From the NCBI GenBank assembly GCA_002269645.1, contig NIVC01003210.1, positions 1-64,000 of the forward strand: 64,000 nt of DNA, given 5' to 3'. The notes beneath the pieces were generated by a model. It did not search any database, was not told where the DNA came from, and saw nothing but the letters and a program-made list of their open reading frames with translations. The position numbers and the translations under genes are program-made. How positions within the stretch are numbered: position 1 is the stretch's first letter; each line of letters begins with the position of its first letter. Origin of the DNA: Macrostomum lignano (lineage: Eukaryota). Positions 1 through 13,530 of this stretch are shown piece after piece.

Positions 1-494
1 ATAACTAGAGGATATCATTAATCTAAAATATGATTAATTAATGCCACAATGCGCTTTATAGCTTGGCAGATGGAGCCAGCCAGCCATTTGTGTGCGAAAG
101 TGGAGTTTTGGAGCCGGCTGATAGAGGAAGAGAAAGTGAACAGCGTCCAACCAAACACCAACACCGGATCAGCCAGCCCAGGGTTACCATTTGCATATCT
201 GATTAAGCTGCATTTCTCTGCTTTTCTCTGCTTTAGTAGCCAGGATCCAGCATTTCAACCCCTGAGTCTCTCGCAGTTTCTCACTACATTACCTTAATAA
301 AGTACACACGCAGTCTACATACAGATGGTTCAGTGTGATTTCACATCTTTTGAAGCAAGAATTCGATCTATTTATTTACATAGAAACTGAAAAATCACCT
401 GATGTGATGATTTAGTCGGGGTCCGCGCTAAAATCTAGACATTTCTATTGAAAATTCGTAATAGTCTTGTCGTGACTGGAATAACATGTTTCTC

Positions 495-1762
495 GCTTGT
501 CATTCTCTCAACTTGGTTGTCATTCTTTCATTTGGTTGTCATTTTCTCAACTTTGTTGTCTTTCTCTCAACTTGGTTGTCTTTCTCTCAACTTGTTGTCA
601 TTCTCTCACCTTGGTTGTCATTCTCTCAACTTGGTTGTCATTTTCTCAACTTGGTTGTCATTCTCTCAACTTGGTTGTCACTCTCTAACTGGATTGTCAT
701 TTTCTTACTTGGTTGTCATTCTTTCATCTTGGTTGTCATTCTTTCATCTTGGTTGTCTTTCTCTCAACTTGGTTGTCATTCTCTCAACTTGGTTGTCATT
801 CTTTCATTTTGGTTGTCATTCTTTCATCTTGGTTGTCATTCTTTCATCTTGGTTGTCTTTCTCTCAACTTGGTTGTCATTCTCTCAACTTGGTTGTCATT
901 CTTTCATTTTGGTTGTCATTTTCTCAACTTTGTTGTCTTTCTCTCAACTTGGTTGTCTTTCTCTCAACTTGGTTGTCTTTCTCTCAACTTGGTTGTCATT
1001 CTCTCAACTTGGTTGTCTTTCTTTCATCTTGGTTGTCTTTCTCTCAACTTGGTTGTCTTTCTCTCAACTTGGTTGTCATTCTTTCATCTTGGTTGTCTTT
1101 CTTTCAACTTGGTTGTCTTTCTCTCAACTTGGTTGTCTTTCTCTCAACTTGGTTGTCTTTCTCTCAACTTGGTTGTCTTTCTCTCAACTTGGTTGTCATT
1201 CTCTCAACTTGGTTGTCTTTCTTTCATCTTGGTTGTCTTTCTCTTAACTTGGTTGTCTTTCTCTCAACTTGGTTGTCATTCTTTCATCTTGGTTGTCTTT
1301 CTTTCAACTTGGTTGTCTTTCTCTCAACTTGGTTGTCTTTCTCTCAACTTGGTTGTCATTCTCTCGACTTGGTTGTCATTCTCTCAACTTGGTTGCCATT
1401 CTCTTGACTTATTTGTCATTCTCTCAACCTGTTTGTCATTCTCTCAACTTGGTTGTCATTCTCCTAACTTGGTTGTCATTCTTTCATCCTGGTTGTCATT
1501 CTCTCAACTTGGTTGTCATTCTTTTATCTTGGTTGTCATTCTCTCAACTTGGTTGCCACTCTAACTTGATTGTCATTTTCTTAACTTGATTGTAATTCTC
1601 TCGACTTGGTTGTCATTCTCTCGACTTGGTTGTCATTCTCTCAACTTGGTTGTCATTCTCTCAACTTGGTTGTCTTTCTCTCAACTTGGTTGTCATTCTT
1701 TCATCTTGGTTGTCTTTCTCTCAACTTGGTTGCCATTCTCTCAACTTTGTTGTCACTCTCTT
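495..1762. repeat. 20-bp minisatellite (CTTGGTTGTCATTCTCTCAA)n
   Basis: About 60 tandem units with recurring variants (CTTTCATC/CTCTCAAC, GTCATT/GTCTTT). It generates the stop-free ORFs between 448 and 1783. Confidence 0.95.
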
Positions 1763-2275
1763 AATTTGAGTGTCGTTCCCTGAATTAGCCAGCCAGCTAG
1801 CAACGAATTATTAGCTTTTCAAGCAAGTCCGAGAAGAAAATAATACGCATTGCAAACTCATGCGTGTTTACTAAGCAGCGGGGACTCATTGTTAAATGCA
1901 GAAGCGAGAGGGCGAATTTCTTTCTCAGCGCTCTGGGATATTTCATGCGTCTAATTCCGCCATCGATTATATAGCATTCTGCAAGCAAACAGTTTTATCT
2001 TGTGGCCTTTCAACTGCTCGCATCCGCCCCTATACAGACTGCCACTGACTCGGTCAGGCAGTCAGGAAGGAGCTACAGGACTGTCGGCTAAGCAATAAAT
2101 CACTCGCAAGGCAGGAAGGCCGATCCGCACTATACACTTTGCACCGCGTGAGCACTGCCAGTGCAACACTGAGACCCAGACGGTTTCTTAATAGCTAACG
2201 ATCACAGAGAATAGGGAGGGAAAGAAATCGGGTGAGACTGAAAGAGACGACAGAGACAGACTGAGAGTGAATAAC

Positions 2276-2400
2276 AGTGGGGATAAACAGGGGATAAACA
2301 GGGGATGGAGAGGATAAACAGGGGATAGAGATGGGATAAACAGGGGATAGAGAGGGATAAACAGGGATGGAGAGAGGGTAACAGGGGATGGAGGGAATAA
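2276..2400. repeat. short degenerate GGGGATAAACA-type tandem repeat
   Basis: Repeated gggataaacagg/gggatggagag units. Confidence 0.7.
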
Positions 2401-3249
2401 ACATAGAAGTGTTATCAAGAGAGTAATGAAGAGAGGTAAACAGAGGCTAAACAGGGATGAGGAGAGGAGAGAACAGTGAAGCAGGGAAAAAGGAGTCTGT
2501 GTGTTGCTGGGTGGTAAAAGACGGTATTGACGCGGCCATAAACATAATGCTAAGTAATAAAGCAAGCCAGAAACTAAAAACAAACAGCAAATACAAGTGG
2601 CAAACAGAGCACACGAGAGAGACTCTTCCAATGCGAGGGTAACTGGGTAATTCTTGTGAAGAGATGATGACGGAAAGATAGAGACTGAAGATGAAGGTAT
2701 TGATGCGGCCACAAACATAATGGCTAAGGATTAAAGAAACAAGAGCACTAAAAGCGACCGGACAAGATAAGCTAGATGAGTCGCAATTTTACTGATCCAG
2801 TGCAACTCAATCGATCGATTCTATAGCATGCCGAACTCCGAGGAGCCCAGCCCCTGGCTGAAGCAGAAACCCCCGTCCCCTTAGACCGTTCTTTTAGCCA
2901 TGCTGCGGCTCCCACCGGATAGCAGCAGCAGCAGCTGCATCAGGCAGGGAGGCAGACGACCAAAACCTGAATTAATTGAGAGGCACCAGTGGGCTCGGAA
3001 GTTGGGGTGGGAGTCGAGGGGGCGGTTTATCGCTCGGATATAAAAATACGGGACTCTCAGGCTGCAGCTGCAGCTGGTTTGGGCGGCGGTGAGGAGGCAA
3101 GGGGTTGGGGAAACGGGATTAAACTTCCGCCAGCCATGCAGTCTATAGAGGGGCAGGGTTAGGGCTAGGAGTTGGGATTAATAAAAGTTGAGTAGGCTGC
3201 TCACCCTGAATTATACCGCTACTGAGGATTCCTACGATTCCTGAGATAA

Positions 3250-3600
3250 TAGGACGATTCGTATGATAATGAGGCGTTCTTATGATAATGAGGCGTTCTT
3301 ATGATAATGAGGCGTTCTTATGATCATGAGGCGTTCTTATGATCATGAGGCGTTCTTATGATAATGAGGCGATTCTTATGATAATGAGGCGATTCTTATG
3401 ATAATGAGGCGATTCTTATGATAATGAGGCGATTCTTATGATAATGAGGCGATTCTTATGATAATGAGGCGATTCTTATGATCATGAGGCGATTCTTATG
3501 ATCATGAGGCGATTCTTATGATAATGAGGCGATTCTTATGATAATAAGGCGATTCTTATGATAATGAGGCGATTCTTATGATAATAAGGCGATTCTTATT
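3250..3600. repeat. 19/20-bp minisatellite (ATAATGAGGCGATTCTTATG)n
   Basis: Exact 20-bp period from about 3361, with 19-bp units earlier. Contains the GGCGATTCT core. Confidence 0.95.
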
Positions 3601-4377
3601 AAAAATTATAATAGGGCGATGGTTTTGATATTGGGGCGATTCATATGATAATAGGGGACCCGGTGGTTCTTTGAAGGACACGGTGATTATTGCAAGGACA
3701 CGGCGATTCTTTTAAGGACAGGGCGATGCTTTCAAGAGAAGAGTGATTATTAAAAAAACACGCGATCATTTTGAGGTTTATAAAATTGGTTTAAAGACTT
3801 GTAAATAATTCCCAAGTCCAAATCTAAATCTATTTGCATTGCTTAGCACTGTGCAAAAAAGGATTCCGACAATCAAAGAAGGCAAGGCACTTTAAGCTGC
3901 CCAATAAAAAAATCTAAAGTATACTGCAGGCAGTTCGCTCCTGTTCTTTCCATTAAGAGCGGAAAAGGCAAGCTGCATCACGGGTGTTTGCTCAGCCTTC
4001 CTTGACTCCGAAAGGGGGCTGCCTGCGGATCCAGGCTACACAACAAATCTGTCAAATAAAAATGAGGGGTACAGGGTGGGAGAGAGGGCCAGCCAAGAAA
4101 GAGTTTTGAAGCTCGAATCGATTGAGGCTATGCAGCTAGCTGGTTGAGGGCTATAGGGAAAAGGGGAACGGTTTGCCCATGCTCTGAACTTGGCAGTCGG
4201 GAACATCGTTCAATAAAGTAGGCCGGTCCGCACTCGTAAAAGGATGGCTTAGAAGATAATCGGATATAGGAAATAATAACACCTGGGCAATTCTACTCAT
4301 TACTTGTTATAAAGAATAGGAAATAGATTTAATCTCGCATGAGATACATGCATAGAGGGGGGTTCTCTAAGTCAAAG

Positions 4378-4742
4378 ATTCTAAGAAATTGGTATCAGTG
4401 ACAGGGCGATTCTAAGAAATGGGTATGACAGGGCAATTCTAAGAAATTGGTATCAGTGACAGGGCGATTCTAAGAAATTGGTATCAGTGACAGGGCGATT
4501 CTAAGAAATCGGTATCAGTGACAGGGCGATTCTAAGAAATTGGTATCAGTGACAGGGCGATTCTAAGAAATTGGTATCAGTGACAGGGCGATTCTAAGAA
4601 ATCGGTATCAGTGACACGGCGATTCTAAGAAATTGGTATCAGTGACAGGGCGATTCTAAGAAATTGGTATCAGTGACAGGGCGATTCTAAGAAATCGGTA
4701 TCAGTGACACGGCCACTCTAAGAAATTGGTGTCAGTGACAGG
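4378..4742. repeat. 31-bp minisatellite (CTAAGAAATTGGTATCAGTGACAGGGCGATT)n
   Basis: About 11 tandem units. Contains the GGCGATTCT core. Confidence 0.95.
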
Positions 4743-5049
4743 GTTATACTTACACTCATACCTGAGAAACTAATAAGAGTCCGCTGTTGTTAGGCAAAAT
4801 TTATAGATTTCATCAGAGATAAAATATACTCATATAAGCAATACAGTTAGCATCGAACCAAATCTAACAGACTTGCAGCTGCCTATATTAGTCCCGTGGG
4901 AAATCAGACCAGATGGCCGTTTGTATATACCATCGTGCAGTCACAATGTGAAAGTTGTGAACTTCTCTGTTCAGAAAAATTTCTACAAATACTTACACGA
5001 CAAAAGTTGAAGATTCACTTTAAGCTTTTTTATAACTAAAAGGGAAAGA

Positions 5050-6562
5050 ATGGGCGATTCTAGATTGGAAGATGGGCGATTTTAGATTGGAGGATGGGCG
5101 ATTCTAGATTGGAGGATGGGCGATTCTAGATTGGAGAATGGGCGATTCTAGATTGGAGGATGGGCGATTCTAGATTGGAGGATGGGCGATTCTAGATTGG
5201 AGAATGGGCGATTCTAGATTGGAGGATGGGCGATTCTAGATTGGAGGATGGGCGATTCTAGATTGGAGGATGGGCGATTCTGGATTGGAGGATGGGCGAT
5301 TCTAGATTGGAGGATGGGCGATTCTAGATTGGAGGATGGGCGCTTCTGGATTGGAGAATGGGCGATTCTAGATTGGAGGATGGGCGATTCTAGATTGGAG
5401 CATGGGCGATTCTAGATTGGAGGATGGGCGCTTCTGGATTGGAGGATGGGCGATTCTAGATTGGAGGATGGGCGATTCTAGATTGGAGGATGGGCGATTC
5501 TAGATTGGAGCATGGGCGATTCTAGATTGGAGGATGGGCGCTTCTGGATTGGAGGATGGGCGATTCTAGATTGGAGGATGGGCGATTCTAGATTGGAGGA
5601 TGGGCGATTCTGGATTGGAGGATGGGCGATTCTAGATTGGAGGATGGGCGATTCTAGATTGGAGAATGGGCGATTCTAGATTGGAGGATGGGCGATTCTA
5701 GATTGGAGAATGGGCGATTCTAGATTGGAGCATGGGCGATTCTAGATTGGAGAATGGGCGATTCTAGATTGGAGAATGGGCGATTCTAGATTGGAGCATG
5801 GGCGATTCTAGATTGGAGAATGGGCGATTCTAGATTGAAGAATGGGCGATTCTAGATTGGAGGATGGGCGATTCTAGATTGGAGGATGGGCGATTCTGGA
5901 TTGGAGGATGGGCGATTCTAGATTGGAGGATGGGCGATTCTAGATTGGAGAATGGGCGATTCTAGATTGGAGGATGGGCGATTCTAGATTGGAGGATGGG
6001 CGATTCTAGATTGGAGGATGGGCGATTCTAGATTGGAGGATGGGCGATTCTAGATTGAAGAATGGGCGATTCTAGATTGGAGCATGGGCGATTCTGGATT
6101 GGAGAATGGGCGATTCTAGATTGGAGAATGGGCGATTCTAGATTGGAGCATGGGCGATTCTAGATTGGAGGATGGGCGCTTCTGGATTGGAGGATGGGCG
6201 ATTCTAGATTGGAGGATGGGCGATTCTAGATTGGAGGATGGGCGATTCTAGATTGGAGGATGGGCGATTCTAGATTGGAGGATGGGCGATTCTAGATTGG
6301 AGGATGGGCGATTCTAGATTGGAGGATGGGCGATTCTAGATTGGAGGATGGGCGATTCTAGATTGGAGGATGGGCGATTCTAGATTGGAGGATGGGCGAT
6401 TCTAGATTGGAGGATGGGCGATTCTGGATTGGAGGATGGGCGATTCTAGATTGGAGGATGGGCGATTCTAGATTGGAGGATGGGCGATTCTAGATTGGAG
6501 GATGGGCGATTCTAGATTGGAGGATGGGCGATTCTAGATTAAAAGAATGGGCGATTCTAGTT
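5050..6562. repeat. 22-bp minisatellite (GGCGATTCTAGATTGGAGGATG)n
   Basis: Long homogeneous tandem array. Contains the GGCGATTCT core. Confidence 0.97.
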
Positions 6563-7067
6563 TAAATTCTAGAAAATGTCTGCATGCATTATTAATAGCA
6601 AAATTGTTACAGCATATTTATTCGTCATTAACTTACTGTAAAGTGAAGATCAAGTTAATGGAACTACTTATATTTATAAATTGTACACAGATTAATTATA
6701 TCTATAGATTTATACACAAGAATTGGGTTACCAACAGTCTGTCCGATGGGATGACACTCGAAAAGATGGGGAAGAGAGAGGATATTTTTATAAACGCTTT
6801 GAGTTTGCCAGAAGCTTCACAGAGAGGACAGGCGGATACTGCAGGGAGGTCAGACTTACTAAACAGAAACCATTGGACGCCTCGAATAGACCACTGCTTG
6901 ATTGGCCGCGAATATTCATCATAGATTCTGGTGGGGTTAAGATTGGAAATTCTCTATTCTTGTATAAAAATTAAGAAATAGAATGCAAGAAATGCTAATA
7001 TATCTGAGAAAGTATGAATCTGCAATAATATTGACAGTGGAATCTGTCAAACTCTGAAGCGTTCGTT

Positions 7068-7181
7068 AGTTTTTTTAATAAAAGCAACTCTGTTTGAATA
7101 GAAATAAAAGGGTAAGTTACTGTCGTTAGTTTTTTTAATAAAAGCAACTCTGTTTGAATAGAAATAAAAGGGTAAGTTACT
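7068..7181. repeat. 60-bp-period exact tandem duplication
   Basis: CGTTAGTTTTTTTAATAAAAGC...GGTAAGTTACT occurs twice in succession. Confidence 0.85.
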
Positions 7182-7291
7182 TCCTTACCATGGTTGTACG
7201 TAGTTATACTACTTATAGGGGTGAAGGCGGGATATTCGTGTAGAGTATAGGTCGACGACTCGCAAATGAAAAACCTTTTGGTTCCAATGAT

Positions 7292-9497
7292 CCTTCAACT
7301 GTGGTCTGCAATAGACCCCCGCTGATACTTCAACTGTGGTCTGCAATAACCACCCGCTGATAGTTCAACTGTGGGCTGCAATAAATCCCCGCTGATAGCT
7401 GATACTTCAACTGTGGTCTGAAATAACCCCCCGCTGATAGCTGATACTTCAACTGTGGTCTGAAATAAACCCCCGCTGATACTTCAACTGTGGTCTGCAA
7501 TAACCCCCCGCTGATAGTTCAACTGTGGGCTGCAATAAACCCCCGCTGATACTTCAACTGTGGGCTGCAATAAACCCCCGCGGATACTTAACTGTGGTCT
7601 GCAATAAATCCCCGCTGATACTTCAACTGTGGTCTGAAATAACCCCCCGCTGATAGCTGATACTTCAACTGTGGTCTGAAATAAACCCCCGCTGATACTT
7701 CAACTGTGGTCTGCAATAACCCCCCGCTGATAGCTGATACTTCAACTGTGGTCTGAAATAAACCCCCGCTGATAGCTGATACTGTGGTCTGCAATAACCC
7801 CCCGCTGATAGCTGATACTGTGGTCTGCAATAACCCCCCGCTGATAGCTGATACTGTGGTCTGCAATAACCCCCCGCTGATAGCTGATACTTCAACTGTG
7901 GGCTGCAATAAACCCCCGCTGATACTTCAACTGTGGTCTGCAATAACCACCCGCTGATAGTTCAACTGTGGGCTGCAATAAACCCCCGCTGATACTTCAA
8001 CTGTTGTCTGCAATAACCACCCGCTGATAGTTCAACTGTGGGCTGCAATAAACCCCCGCTGATACTTCAACTGTGGGCTGCAATAAACCCCCGCTGATAC
8101 TTCAACTGTGGTCTGAAATAACCCCCCGCTGATAGCTGATACTTCAACTGTGGTCTGAAATAAACCCCCGCTGATACTTCAACTGTGGTCTGCAATAACC
8201 CCCCGCTGATAGTTCAACTGTGGGCTGCAATAAACCCCCGCTGATACTTCAACTGTGGGCTGCAATAAACCCCCGCGGATACTTCAACTGTGGTCTGCAA
8301 TAAATCCCCGCTGATACTTCAACTGTGGTCTGAAATAACCCCCCGCTGATAGCTGATACTTCAACTGTGGTCTGAAATAACCCCCCGCTGATACTTCAAC
8401 TGTGGTCTGCAATAACCCCCCGCTGATAGCTGATACTTCAACTGTGGTCTGAAATAAACCCCCGCTGATAGCTGATACTGTGGTCTGCAATAACCCCCCG
8501 CTGATAGCTGATACTGTGGTCTGCAATAACCCCCGCTGATAGCTGATACTTCAACTGTGGGCTGCAATAAACCCCCGCTGATACTTCAACTGTGGTCTGC
8601 AATAACCACCCGCTGATAGTTCAACTGTGGGCTGCAATAAACCCCCGCTGATACTTCAACTGTTGTCTGCAATAACCACCCGCTGATAGTTCAACTGTGG
8701 GCTGCAATAAACCCCCGCTGATACTTCAACTGTGGGCTGCAATAAACCCCCGCTGATACTTCAACTGTGGTCTGAAATAACCCCCCGCTGATAGCTGATA
8801 CTTCAACTGTGGTCTGAAATAAACCCCCGCTGATACTTCAACTGTGGTCTGCAATAACCCCCCGCTGATAGTTCAACTGTGGGCTGCAATAAACCCCCGC
8901 TGATACTTCAACTGTGGGCTGCAATAAACCCCCGCTGATACTTCAACTGTGGTCTGCAATAACCACCCGCTGATAGTTCAACTGTGGGCTGCAATAAACC
9001 CCCGCTGATACTTCAACTGTGGTCTGCAATAACCACCCGCTGATACTTCAACTGTGGGCTGCAATAAACCCCCGCTGATACTTCAACTGTGGGCTGCAAT
9101 AAACACCCGCTGATAGTTCAACTGTGGGCTGCAATAAACCCCCGCTGATAGTTCAACTGTGGGCTGCAATAAACACCCGCTGATAGTTCAACTGTGGGCT
9201 GCAATAAACCCCCGCTGATAGTTCAATTGTGGGCTGCAATAAACCACCGCTGATAGCTGATACTTCAACTGTGGGCTGCAATAAACACCCGCTGATAGTT
9301 CAACTGTGGGCTGCAATAAACCCCCGCTGATAGTTCAACTGTGGGCTGCAATAAACACCCGCTGATAGTTCAACTGTGGGCTGCAATAAACCACCGCTGA
9401 TAGCTGATACTTCAACTGTGGGCTGCAATAAACACCCGCTGATAGTTCAACTGTGGGCTGCAATAACCCCCCGCTGATACTTTAACTGTGGGCTGCC
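7292..9497. repeat. about 35-bp minisatellite (CTTCAACTGTGGGCTGCAATAAACCCCCGCTGATA)n with 34-42 bp variants
   Basis: Tandem units with or without an extra GCTGATA. Rare variants recur 659-695 bp apart (CGGAT at 7581/8276, CTGTTG at 8001/8660). Confidence 0.95.
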
Positions 9498-10914
9498 AGC
9501 TACAGTTATGAGCTACAGTATATGAGCTAACGTTATGATAAGCATAATAAAAGACAATGATACATTTATCCATCTTGGAAAATTACCAGATTCTTAAACT
9601 TTGCGTTACAAGATGTACTTACGCAATCGACCGACTGTACAGAGCATCGGATCCGAGCATGTCTTGTCCAAGGTACAAGTGAAGGTCACTCAAACGGACG
9701 GTGATAAATACTAGGATTAGAAATCAACTAATAATTAATTGCGTAATTCTGACTGAAAGGTGAGAGAAATCGTTCTTATATACAATACATGATGCAGATA
9801 GCGAGAAAATAATGTTTTTCACTTACCTTTGTAACAAATGGGTTCACACAAACAGCCATTGCTTTAGCCACAAATTTTCTTTGCAAGAGCACAATTTCTT
9901 TGTCTTTTTATCGCTTTTTACAGCACAAAGTCCATAGCATGACAGATGTACGCTCGTACAATAAAGATTATCTATGCAGATTTTCTAAGTTAAGCTGTAA
10001 GTAAGTAGTGAAGTTAAAATTTAAGAGTAATTAATTAGTCACACGAAATTGAATCCAGACACTTTAACGTCAGTAACGTTACGCTACGCTACTCACGCAT
10101 ACATGAAGTGTAACAAACAGCGTACGGCGAAAATTTTTATTTGGTAGCTTAGTACTTTGCGACGGGCAATGTAAATCTATTAACACATTCGCAGTGTCCT
10201 CCACCGCTTCGTTATTTCTATTCTGCCTGCGCTTAATTTTTAGGGGCCTTGTCTTCTCAGTTTCTTTTAGACTAGGACTAATTTTAAATTCCAAGGCAGC
10301 CCCCCAAACAAGTCTGGGCGCTCGTTAAAAACAAAGTGGAGCGAGCGAGGGGTGGACGAAAAGACCACTTCGGATTCACACGGCCAAGTTGGAGGACCTT
10401 TTTATTGCCCCTGGCATGGCACCCACCCACCGTTACCACCATAAAGAATGAGCCCATGGCCAATGTACAGTCAGTCTACGGCCAATTAAACAAATGTACA
10501 CTTAAGTCACGTGACAGTCGGCCCGGCCTCAGTTCCTAATGCCACTTGCCCCCACTGCACAGAACAGACCTCAACCTCGTGCATTCAACTTTATACGAGC
10601 ACGTATAAAATAAGATACAAGACTGAGGCTGAGGGAGTCAGTCCAGGAGGTTGACTGATCCCCCCTCGGAGAAAAATACAACTATCAAAATTAAAGTCAT
10701 AAAAAACAAAGAATTGCACGGAGTGCCAATTACCATTAGGCATTAGGTACCATATTGGGAGCGACTAACCGGCTGTCAACGGGGCGCCATAACTTGTAGC
10801 TCGTAGCTACACATTCATGCTCTATACGCTTACGAGAGATAACGCCCGTTTTGTTTAGGTGTACAGCGGCACTGACTTCCTATCGTCATCGTCAGGCATG
10901 CAAAAAAAGGTTAA

Positions 10915-11038
10915 GCTCAAATTTTGCCTATAAACTTCAAACCAGAAGCTTGAAAATCTGTATTTTTCTGATCCCAGGATTGGCCAAATTTCGGGACTAA
11001 ATCTCGGGATCGCACAAAACGGGATTTTGCAATCCCTA
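10915..11038 (+). mobile_element. 3' portion of a hAT-type MITE (older, truncated copy)
   Basis: Similar to 11425-11563 and ends in the TIR TTGCAATCCCTA at 11027-11038. No 5' TIR was seen. Confidence 0.7.
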
Positions 11039-11039
11039 G

Positions 11040-11563
11040 TAGGGATTGCAATCCCGGGATTGGGCCAAAGTCCCGGGATTTCCAGTCCCGGAATTCGGGA
11101 CCCCAAATCCCGGCACTAATTTTTGTTAATATTTTTACAAAGTGCTGTAATATAAACATAACTAGGCCCACAACAATTTTATTATACTGCGCTAATTTCC
11201 GTTAATTGCCTCACGTCGTGTGGCACGTTTTTAAACCCCGCATCACAGATTTAAATGTGAAATTAATTCCAATTTAAATTTTGATATGATTTGCTTCTTT
11301 ACTACTAATTAGTACATTTATACTACTTACTTCAATAGGTCACAAGATAATGCTGTTTACCATCTACACATAGATCATTATCTCTGTAACAATAAAAAAG
11401 TAAGCAAAAAGCGTTTAGCGCATATTTTGCCTTAAAATTTCAACCTAGAAGCATAAAAATCTATATTATTCTGATCCCGGGATTCAATCCCGGGATTGGC
11501 CAAATTTCGGGATTAAATCCCGGGATCCCGGGATCACAAAAATCCGGGATTTTGCAATCCCTA
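11040..11563 (+). mobile_element. complete hAT-type MITE (524 bp)
   Basis: 12-bp TIRs TAGGGATTGCAA/TTGCAATCCCTA, 8-bp TSD ATCCCTAG (11032-11039 and 11564-11571), and subterminal CCCGGGAT motifs. Confidence 0.88.
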
Positions 11564-12211
11564 ATCCCTAGTTATGACGCGTTAAACCGCTGAGACCCCT
11601 ATCTGCATTTGACAATACGAGGCCCACCGAAAATGAATTTAAAAAGCAGGTTGCCAACCAGAAAACTTTATGGGCCATGTCTGACTAGGTGCATGCAATT
11701 TAAATTAATATGTTTATTGCTGATATAGATGTTGCATATACTGTCTGGCTTACTACGTGTATTTAATTAGCAACAAAAGCAGAAATCATAGATAAAAAAC
11801 ATTGAGGGCCACCAGTTCAAGACTCGGCAGAGTGACAAAATGCACACAAAAAGACGCACGACAGGTATGTTTTTAATAACATAATAGCATTTTCGTTCGA
11901 GCATCAAAATAGCAAAAAATTACTAACTAAGAGTAGTGTTTGCTATAAGGTAAAAACGAAATACGTAAACGAAAAAGTAAAAAGTTTAGTATTAAGAAAA
12001 ATTAGGGGTAGTAAAATGGATGCAAAAATCGGTGTGCATTGATGCCATTGAAATAGAATAATTCAATTTTAAAAAAGTTCAATTAGAGCGCCCGGTAAAA
12101 CACAAATACTGACTGATACGATGTACATGAAGACGTTTAAATACTTCCTCACAACAGATTGGTTAGGTTTTCCTTGGATTTCAATTCTAATCGATGCAGA
12201 TTTCTCGATCA

Positions 12212-13272
12212 GTCAATATCTACATCAGTAGCTAGATCAATGTCTACATCAATAGCTAGATCAATGTCTACAACAATAGCTAGATCAATGTCTACAACAA
12301 TAGCTAGATCAATGTCTACAACAATAGCTAGATCAATGTCTACAACAATAGCTAGATCAATGTCTACATCAATAGCTAGATCAATGTCTACAACAATAGC
12401 TAGATCAATGTCTACAACAATAGCTAGATCAATGTCTACAACAATAGCTAGATCAATGTCTACAACAATAGCTAGATCAATGTCTACAGCAATAGCTAGA
12501 TCAATGTCTACATCAGTAGCTAGATCAATATCTACATCAGTAGCTAGATCAATATCTAAATCAGTAGCTAGATCAATGTCGTAGCTAGATCAATATCTAC
12601 ATCAGTAGCTAGATCAATATCTACATCAGTAGCTAGATCAATGTCTACATCAGTAGCTAGATCAATGTCTACATCAGTAGCTAGATCAATGTCTACATCT
12701 GTAGCTAGATCAATGTCTACATCTGTAGCTAGATCAATATCTACATCAGTAGCTAGATCAATGTCTACATCAGTAGCTAGATCAATGTCTACATCAGTAG
12801 CTAGATCAATATCTACATCAGTAGCTAGATCAATATCTACATCAGTAGCTAGATCAATGTCTACATCAGTAGCTAGATCAATGTCTACATCAGTAGCTAG
12901 ATCAATGTCTACATCAGTAGCTAGATCAATGTCTACATCTGTAGCTAGATCAATGTCTACATCTGTAGCTAGATCAATGTCTACATCAGTAGCTAGATCA
13001 ATGTCTACATCAGTAGCTAGATCAATATCTACATCAGTAGCTAGATCAATATCTACATCAGTAGCTAGATCAATGTCTACATCAGTAGCTAGATCAATGT
13101 CTACATCAGTAGCTAGATCAATGTCTACATCAGTAGCTAGATCAATGTCTACATCAGTAGCTAGATCAATGTCTACATCTGTAGCTAGATCAATGTCTAC
13201 ATCTGTAGCTAGATCAATGTCTACATCAGTAGCTAGAACAATATCTACATCAGTAGCTAGATCAATGTCTAT
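12212..13272. repeat. 24-bp minisatellite (TAGCTAGATCAATGTCTACATCAG)n
   Basis: About 44 units. The period is divisible by 3, which produces the DIDLATDV and STSVARSM pseudo-ORFs. Confidence 0.97.
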
Positions 13273-13530
13273 AATATTTCCTAGATAAAAATGCATTTTA
13301 ACTTTTTCACATGGAAACGTGACCAATATTGTCAAAAAAGTGTGGGTGTGTAATACAAAAGGAAAATTTACGCTATAAAAGCGATAATACACGACAAAAA
13401 AGCTGTTGCATAGGACTGACCGGAAGTCCTGACACTTCAATCTTAGCACAAAAAAACAGGGAAGCAGCTAAAAGCTAAAAGTACAATTTTCCGTCTAATA
13501 AATTAAATTTTGAATAGTTTGGTCATGCTC

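Noticed and set aside
448-1783. Long Leu/Ser/Cys-rich ORFs in all three frames
   Set aside because: They are products of a stop-free 20-bp tandem repeat. The same applies to ORFs over 7588-8567, 12159-13449, 34568-35243, 45568-46483 and 54299-55397.
3250-9497. CRISPR-like arrays
   Set aside because: The units are contiguous with no unique spacers, the context is eukaryotic, and there are no cas genes.
10860-10900. Second hammerhead on the minus strand (CTGACGATGAC...GTC)
   Set aside because: The obligatory GAAA after stem II is missing.
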